Source: Chloroflexota bacterium
Lineage (GTDB): Bacteria > Chloroflexota > UBA11872 > VXOZ01
Assembly (NCBI GenBank): GCA_963663275.1
Contig: OY760183.1
Span: forward strand, 2,016,001-2,080,000
Direction: 5' to 3'
Length of the DNA stretch: 64,000 nt
Below are positions 59,171 through 64,000 of this stretch, in pieces (the stretch's first letter is position 1; every line of letters begins with the position of its first letter). The notes beneath the pieces are model-generated. The model saw only the letters and a list, made by a program, of their open reading frames with translations, was not told where the DNA came from and did no database searches. The translations under genes were made by a program, and so were the position numbers.

Positions 59171-59767
59171 TGACATACCTAGTGTCCCGCCGGCGTAGTG
59201 CCGGGCCGAGCGCAAGCGAGGAATCTCAGGCAAACGTAGCGCGGGGGCTTGTCCCCCGCCTCCGGTCTTCCATCGGAGCCGACGCCACGGCAAGATGCGC
59301 AGGTTAAAAACCTACGCTACCGGACAGGCGAAGTGCGGGGGCTGGCCCCTAATGTTGTCGCATCAAACGCAGTGAGAATGAAATCTACGCTTGTTTCTCC
59401 GGTAGCGCAGGTTTGTAACCTGCGTCTTCCGTAGGGTCAATCGATTTCGTTCACACTCTTCTTTACCGGCGGGGGCTTGTCCCCCGCAATGTGAAGTGGC
59501 TACGGGTCGATAGCGGTTTGCAACCCCCGCTTCTCGTCGATTCTGGTTTTGTGGGATTGCACGTGCTACCCTTAGTAGCGGCAATTGTTGTTCTGGAATC
59601 CATTGTTGCGCAGGACCGACGGCGGACGCCCGCATAGATGAACAAAACCGCGGGCAGAGTGCGAGATGTCAAGGGCCGCTCCCATCGAGTCTCTCCAGGG
59701 ACCGGGAGAGTGGCATGCAGCGGGCGGCCGCCGGTGGCCGGAGCTATTTCACACAGGGAGAAGTGGT

Positions 59768-62230
59768 ATGGAAAATGTGCTCGATGTGCTGAGCAGGCTG
59801 ATTACGGCGCGGCCATACGTTACGATCCTGGTCGTCATCTTGCTCACCGTGCTGATGGGCGCGGGGGCGACGCGGCGGGAGATGCCGGCGGAGTCCGAGG
59901 CGTTCCTGCCGCCGGAGAGCGACGTCTCCCGCGTGATGGCCGAGATCGACGAGTTCTTCGGGGATTCCGGCGAGGTTATCGTTGCCACGCTCGTGTTTCG
60001 CGGGGAGGCGCTGAATCCCAATGGGCTTGCCCAAATGGACGCTTTGCTCGCCAAGATCGCCGATGATCCGGGCGTCACGGACCTGCTGGCGCCGGCTAAT
60101 GCGGTCATCGCGCCCGCGCTGCTGATCAAGCAGGCGCTTCAAGCGGACAGCCTGGCGTCGATCGCGCAGGAGCAGATCGAGTCCGCCCGCAGCCTCCCGC
60201 AGATCCAGGAGGCGCTGGAGGCGATGACGGGAACCGACACGGACGGTACCTCGGTCGCGATCGCCAACGTCCACCTGCGCGACACGGGCGACGAGCAGGT
60301 AGAGGAAGCGCAACGTCGTATCCACCAACTGGCGATCGAGGATGAAGGCCCGCTGCAAGTGAGCACCATCTCCCCAATCGTTGTCGAGGATGAGTACAAG
60401 CAAGCCACAGAGGAGGGGATGCTGCCGCTGGTAGGGGTGGCGCTGCTGCTCATCATGGCGTTGCTCCTGGTCTTCATGCGCACGTTCTCCGATCTGCTGC
60501 TCACGTTCTTGGGGCTCATCCTTTCGCTGATTTGGGTCATAGGGCTGGAGGGTTGGTTCGGCCCGAGCGCTCTGGGTCTGATTGGGCCGCCTAGTTCCCT
60601 GACCATGATGATCCCGGTAATTGTAATCAGCCTCACGGTGGACTATGCGATCCAGTCAGTCGCGCATTACCGCGAGCAACGCGCCGCCGGCGGGCCGGTG
60701 CTCGAAGCGGTGCGCAGGGGCTTGCGCACCGTCACCGTTCCGCTGGTGCTCGCCGCCGTTACCACCATCGTGAGCCTGTTGGCGGGCCTGATTTCCCCAA
60801 TCGGCGTGATTGGCGACTTTGGCGTCGTCGCGGGGCTGGGCGTGGGAAGCAGCCTCATCGTGATGCTGACGTTACTGCCGGCCGGCTGGCTTATCATCGA
60901 CCGCCGGCGCGAGGCGCGCGGCACGTTGAAGCCGCCCCGGCTTGTCATGAACGCGCTGCCCGGCATTGGGCGGGTAGCGGCGCTGATGGGAGCGTCGGTC
61001 ACGCGCAGGCCGGTACCCTACTTCGTCGTGGTAATTGCATTGACGGTCTGGCTTGGGTACAACGCCACCAGGCTCGAGTCGGAGTTCACGATCCGCGAGA
61101 TCCTGCCGCGGGACGGGAGCGTGATGGCGGATATGGAGACGCTCGACTCAGCCGTGGGCGGGTCAACCGAAGTAGCCAGCGTGCTGGTGAAGGGCGAGGC
61201 TACGGAGACGCGCACCTTCCTGAACGTGCGCGATCTCACCAACGCTTTCGAAGATAAAGAGCGCCGCCCGCAGGCGGCGGCAGGGCCAATCCAGTCTTCC
61301 TATGAGATGATCGTTCGGGACTGGATCCATGACAGCGGGGAACCCGGCGACAAGTACGACCCGGAGTTGGCCGCACTCTACCGGGAAGCCACCGCGGGCG
61401 CTGAATTCGACGCAGAGCTGATGCAGGAGTTGCTCGACCGCATCCAAGCCCAAGATCCCGCTCTGGCGCGCAACTTGGTGAACAATCCGGACGGGATAGA
61501 CGCCATGCTGCTCCAGTTCCCCATGCACATTGGAGACCCCGAGGGAGCGAAGGCCGTTCAAGAGGAAGTCGAGGCTCTCTGGCTCGGCGACGACAACGCG
61601 ATTACGGCAACCTCGCTCGACATAGTCCTGGTGAATATCACGGACGAAATCACGGCGCGCCAGACTGAGGCGATTGGCGCTACGGTTACGGTGGCCTTGA
61701 CGGTGCTGGCAATCTTCTTCTGGGTGACGGCGCGCCAGCCGGCGCTGTCGATCATCGCGGTGGGCCCCATTGTCATCGCCGTCATCTGGGTGCTGGGCAC
61801 GATGGCGCTGTTGGGCATCCCGTATACGAACGTCACGTCCTTGATCACGGCGCTGGCGATCGGCATCGGCGTGGACTACACCATTCACATGATTCACCGG
61901 TACCGGGAAGAATACTCCCGGAGCCGCAATCCGGAGCAAGCGGCGACGGAGACGCTCGCCACCACCGGCTCGGCGCTGCTCGGCTCCGCGTTGACAACGG
62001 CGTTGGGGCTCGGGGTGCTGGTGGCCGCGCCGCTGGCCGCGTCCCAGCAATTCGGCATTACGGCGGCGATTACGATCGCCTACTCACTGCTCGTCTCCAT
62101 CCTGGTGGTGCCGCCCGCGATGACAATCTGGGGCGCATTCCAGAACATGCGCCTGCGTTCGATGATCAAGCGTGAGTGGGATGAGCTTGACGTGGCAATC
62201 GAGAACATACATCAGCGCCAAAGCGCTTAG
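59768..62230 (+). CDS. MMPL/RND family transporter
   Basis: Two halves with TVDYAIQ...YRE and GVDYTIH...YRE, about 12 TM, extracytoplasmic loops; ATG 59768. Confidence 0.9.
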   Translation: MENVLDVLSRLITARPYVTILVVILLTVLMGAGATRREMPAESEAFLPPESDVSRVMAEIDEFFGDSGEVIVATLVFRGEALNPNGLAQMDALLAKIADDPGVTDLLAPANAVIAPALLIKQALQADSLASIAQEQIESARSLPQIQEALEAMTGTDTDGTSVAIANVHLRDTGDEQVEEAQRRIHQLAIEDEGPLQVSTISPIVVEDEYKQATEEGMLPLVGVALLLIMALLLVFMRTFSDLLLTFLGLILSLIWVIGLEGWFGPSALGLIGPPSSLTMMIPVIVISLTVDYAIQSVAHYREQRAAGGPVLEAVRRGLRTVTVPLVLAAVTTIVSLLAGLISPIGVIGDFGVVAGLGVGSSLIVMLTLLPAGWLIIDRRREARGTLKPPRLVMNALPGIGRVAALMGASVTRRPVPYFVVVIALTVWLGYNATRLESEFTIREILPRDGSVMADMETLDSAVGGSTEVASVLVKGEATETRTFLNVRDLTNAFEDKERRPQAAAGPIQSSYEMIVRDWIHDSGEPGDKYDPELAALYREATAGAEFDAELMQELLDRIQAQDPALARNLVNNPDGIDAMLLQFPMHIGDPEGAKAVQEEVEALWLGDDNAITATSLDIVLVNITDEITARQTEAIGATVTVALTVLAIFFWVTARQPALSIIAVGPIVIAVIWVLGTMALLGIPYTNVTSLITALAIGIGVDYTIHMIHRYREEYSRSRNPEQAATETLATTGSALLGSALTTALGLGVLVAAPLAASQQFGITAAITIAYSLLVSILVVPPAMTIWGAFQNMRLRSMIKREWDELDVAIENIHQRQSA

Positions 62231-62402
62231 AACCTGTTTACTATCTGCTTATGAGGGAGTTTGCAAAGTCGATAGAGACCGTTCGTGCTGAGCCTGTCGA
62301 AGCATGAACGGCTATATGCAACCTTGCGGTGGTTCCGTTCACCCTTCGACGCGGCTCAGGGCGAACGTTCCTCGTGCAGACAGAAAGATCGTAAACAGGC
62401 TC
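62230..62402. mobile_element. 173-bp MITE (IS5-like ends) with TTA target duplication at the MMPL stop codon
   Basis: TIR gaacctgtttactatct / agatcgtaaacaggctc (15/17); TTA at 62227-62229 and 62403-62405; internal REP pair. Confidence 0.75.
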
Positions 62403-62430
62403 TTAGTGGAGTCTACCGCAGAAGGCGCAG

Positions 62431-62476
62431 GAGATTGACGGCGGCAGACCGCACGCGGCCTACCGCCGTCAATCTC
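62431..62476 (-). terminator. Long hairpin between the convergent MMPL and P450 genes
   Basis: gagattgacggcgg / ccgccgtcaatctc 14-bp stem; inner mismatches are G-U on the minus strand. Confidence 0.55.
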
Positions 62477-62510
62477 GTTAACGAAGGGCCGTTTGGAAAG
62501 CGCCGCCGCG

Positions 62511-64000
62511 TCAGGCGTAGAGCTCGCGCCGCTGCTCGGCGACGACGAACTTCAGCTTCTTGCTCGTGCTCAACGTCGGAAACGGGTCGATCTTGAGCTT
62601 GTAGTTCTTGGGAGCAATCTCGAACGTGTAGTAGTGCACCAGCATGAGCAGGTTTACGGCCAGTTGCAGTTCTACCCACCGGAAGCCGAGACAGGTGTGC
62701 GTGCCCAGCCCGTACGGGGCATAACCGGGACTGCGATGCTCATTGCGCGGCGGCAGGTAGCGGTCGATGTCGAGCGTGTGCGGCTCGGGGAAAACTTTCT
62801 CCATGTAGTGGGATGCCGTCTGGGCAATGTAGATGCGCGACCCTTCATCGATTTCGTAGCCCTCTATCGTGAAAGAGTTCATCACGTGCCTGACGGATAT
62901 GGGAATGGTTGGGTAGAGGCGCATGATCTCCATCAGGAAACGGTGGGTGACGTCGATTGCGTCACCCCTGATGTCTTTGGGATCCGGGTCGCCGTCCGCA
63001 AACAGCGCCTCGGCCTCGGCCCGGATTCTGTCGTTGAGTTCAGGGCGGGAAATCAGGGAGTAGAGCGCGAAACTAAGGGCGTCGCTCACGTACATGCTGG
63101 TGATCAGCGGCGCCACCAGATGAAAGCGCAGGTTCGCCTCTGGGAAGAACTGCGGGTCGCTTTCGTACAAACTCAGGAAGTCGTCCGGCAGGTCGCGCGG
63201 ACAACCGGCGCGTTGTGCGGGCGTATGGACGCTGTTAATTCGCTCCAAGAGCTCGCCAACTTTCTTGGAGCAGCGTTTCATGCGCGGTGTATGCATCATG
63301 AATGGAGGCAAGACCTTAAGCACACCCGTGCTAAGCGCCCGCTGCTTGTAGGCGATCAGGTCGTCGATGAGGTCTTGCGATTCAACGCTGATGAGGATCG
63401 GCGAGATCTGCGCGTTTATCAGCTTCAGGCACGCGTTGCTGGCGGGAAGGACGTCGCCGACCTTCCACGTGGCCATATGAGACCGGGCAAGGTCGTACAG
63501 ACGGCCCATCTGGCCTTCCAATCTCTCGCGGGAGAGGCTCGGCTGGGAGGCCTTGCGCAGCCGGAAGTGATCGGCGCCGTCCAGCGCGGGCAACATGCCG
63601 GACGTGCCGAACACTTTTTCAAACCCTACCAGATAGTCCTTAGACCGCAAGTGCATGCGTCCGTTGCGGCGGAACCACTGATTTGTGCGTGCTCCCGCCA
63701 GGAATGTCAGCGGTTTCGCGAACGGCGGGCGCAGTTGATAGACCGGGCCGTACTCTTCCGTGAGATCCGCAAAGAGCGCGGGCAGGTTGCCGTTGCGAAG
63801 GTGTCCGTTCAATAGCATCCGGTGGAGCGGGACCGTGGGAATTGTCCTTGAAAAAGCGGACCGCCGGAGCAGGTGCGCGGCGAGGTTTTCGCTGACCGCG
63901 CTGGCAACGGCACGGCCGATATCCGACATCTTGCAGATTGTCTGAATGCGCTGCTCCGACTCTTCTTCGAGCGGATAGATGAAGCGCACGACGTCGCATG
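62511..64000 (-). CDS. Cytochrome P450, 5'-partial, with N-terminal extension or fusion
   Basis: YGPVY, EIMR (ExxR), YAPYGLGTHTCLG heme motif; frame stays open to the window edge. Confidence 0.9.
   Translation of the reverse strand, partial: CDVVRFIYPLEEESEQRIQTICKMSDIGRAVASAVSENLAAHLLRRSAFSRTIPTVPLHRMLLNGHLRNGNLPALFADLTEEYGPVYQLRPPFAKPLTFLAGARTNQWFRRNGRMHLRSKDYLVGFEKVFGTSGMLPALDGADHFRLRKASQPSLSRERLEGQMGRLYDLARSHMATWKVGDVLPASNACLKLINAQISPILISVESQDLIDDLIAYKQRALSTGVLKVLPPFMMHTPRMKRCSKKVGELLERINSVHTPAQRAGCPRDLPDDFLSLYESDPQFFPEANLRFHLVAPLITSMYVSDALSFALYSLISRPELNDRIRAEAEALFADGDPDPKDIRGDAIDVTHRFLMEIMRLYPTIPISVRHVMNSFTIEGYEIDEGSRIYIAQTASHYMEKVFPEPHTLDIDRYLPPRNEHRSPGYAPYGLGTHTCLGFRWVELQLAVNLLMLVHYYTFEIAPKNYKLKIDPFPTLSTSKKLKFVVAEQRRELYA

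Overview
GC-rich bacterial chromosome segment with about 55 CDS and no rRNA, tRNA or CRISPR array that I can see. Housekeeping genes (leuS, rluB-like pseudouridine synthase, cmk, miaA, dapF, dapL) are interspersed with catabolic paralogues (enolase-superfamily enzyme, two class-III aminotransferases, three xylose-isomerase-like TIM barrels, PhyH dioxygenase, GMC oxidoreductase, hydantoinase/oxoprolinase A+B, SDR, Gfo/Idh/MocA, DapA-family aldolase, P450). There are many lipoproteins and repeat proteins (Cache, ankyrin, NHL, VWA+PD40) and several families of intergenic REP-like palindromes and MITEs. The gene mix suggests Chloroflexota, possibly host-associated, but that is inference only. Highlights: (1) an AT-shifted NYN ribonuclease gene preceded by its own sigma70-type promoter and a ~125-nt leader of repeated hairpins ending in a terminator-like stem, resembling a type III toxin-antitoxin locus; (2) a Tat-lipoprotein redoxin split in the ORF track by an in-frame UGA at a UxxC active site with a SECIS-like hairpin (probable selenoprotein); (3) two lipoproteins made only of four Cache domains each; (4) three tandem paralogous Cys-pair lipoproteins of a family I do not recognise; (5) an Lnt-like protein lacking the catalytic Cys. 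All calls come from motif recognition by eye; no searches were run.
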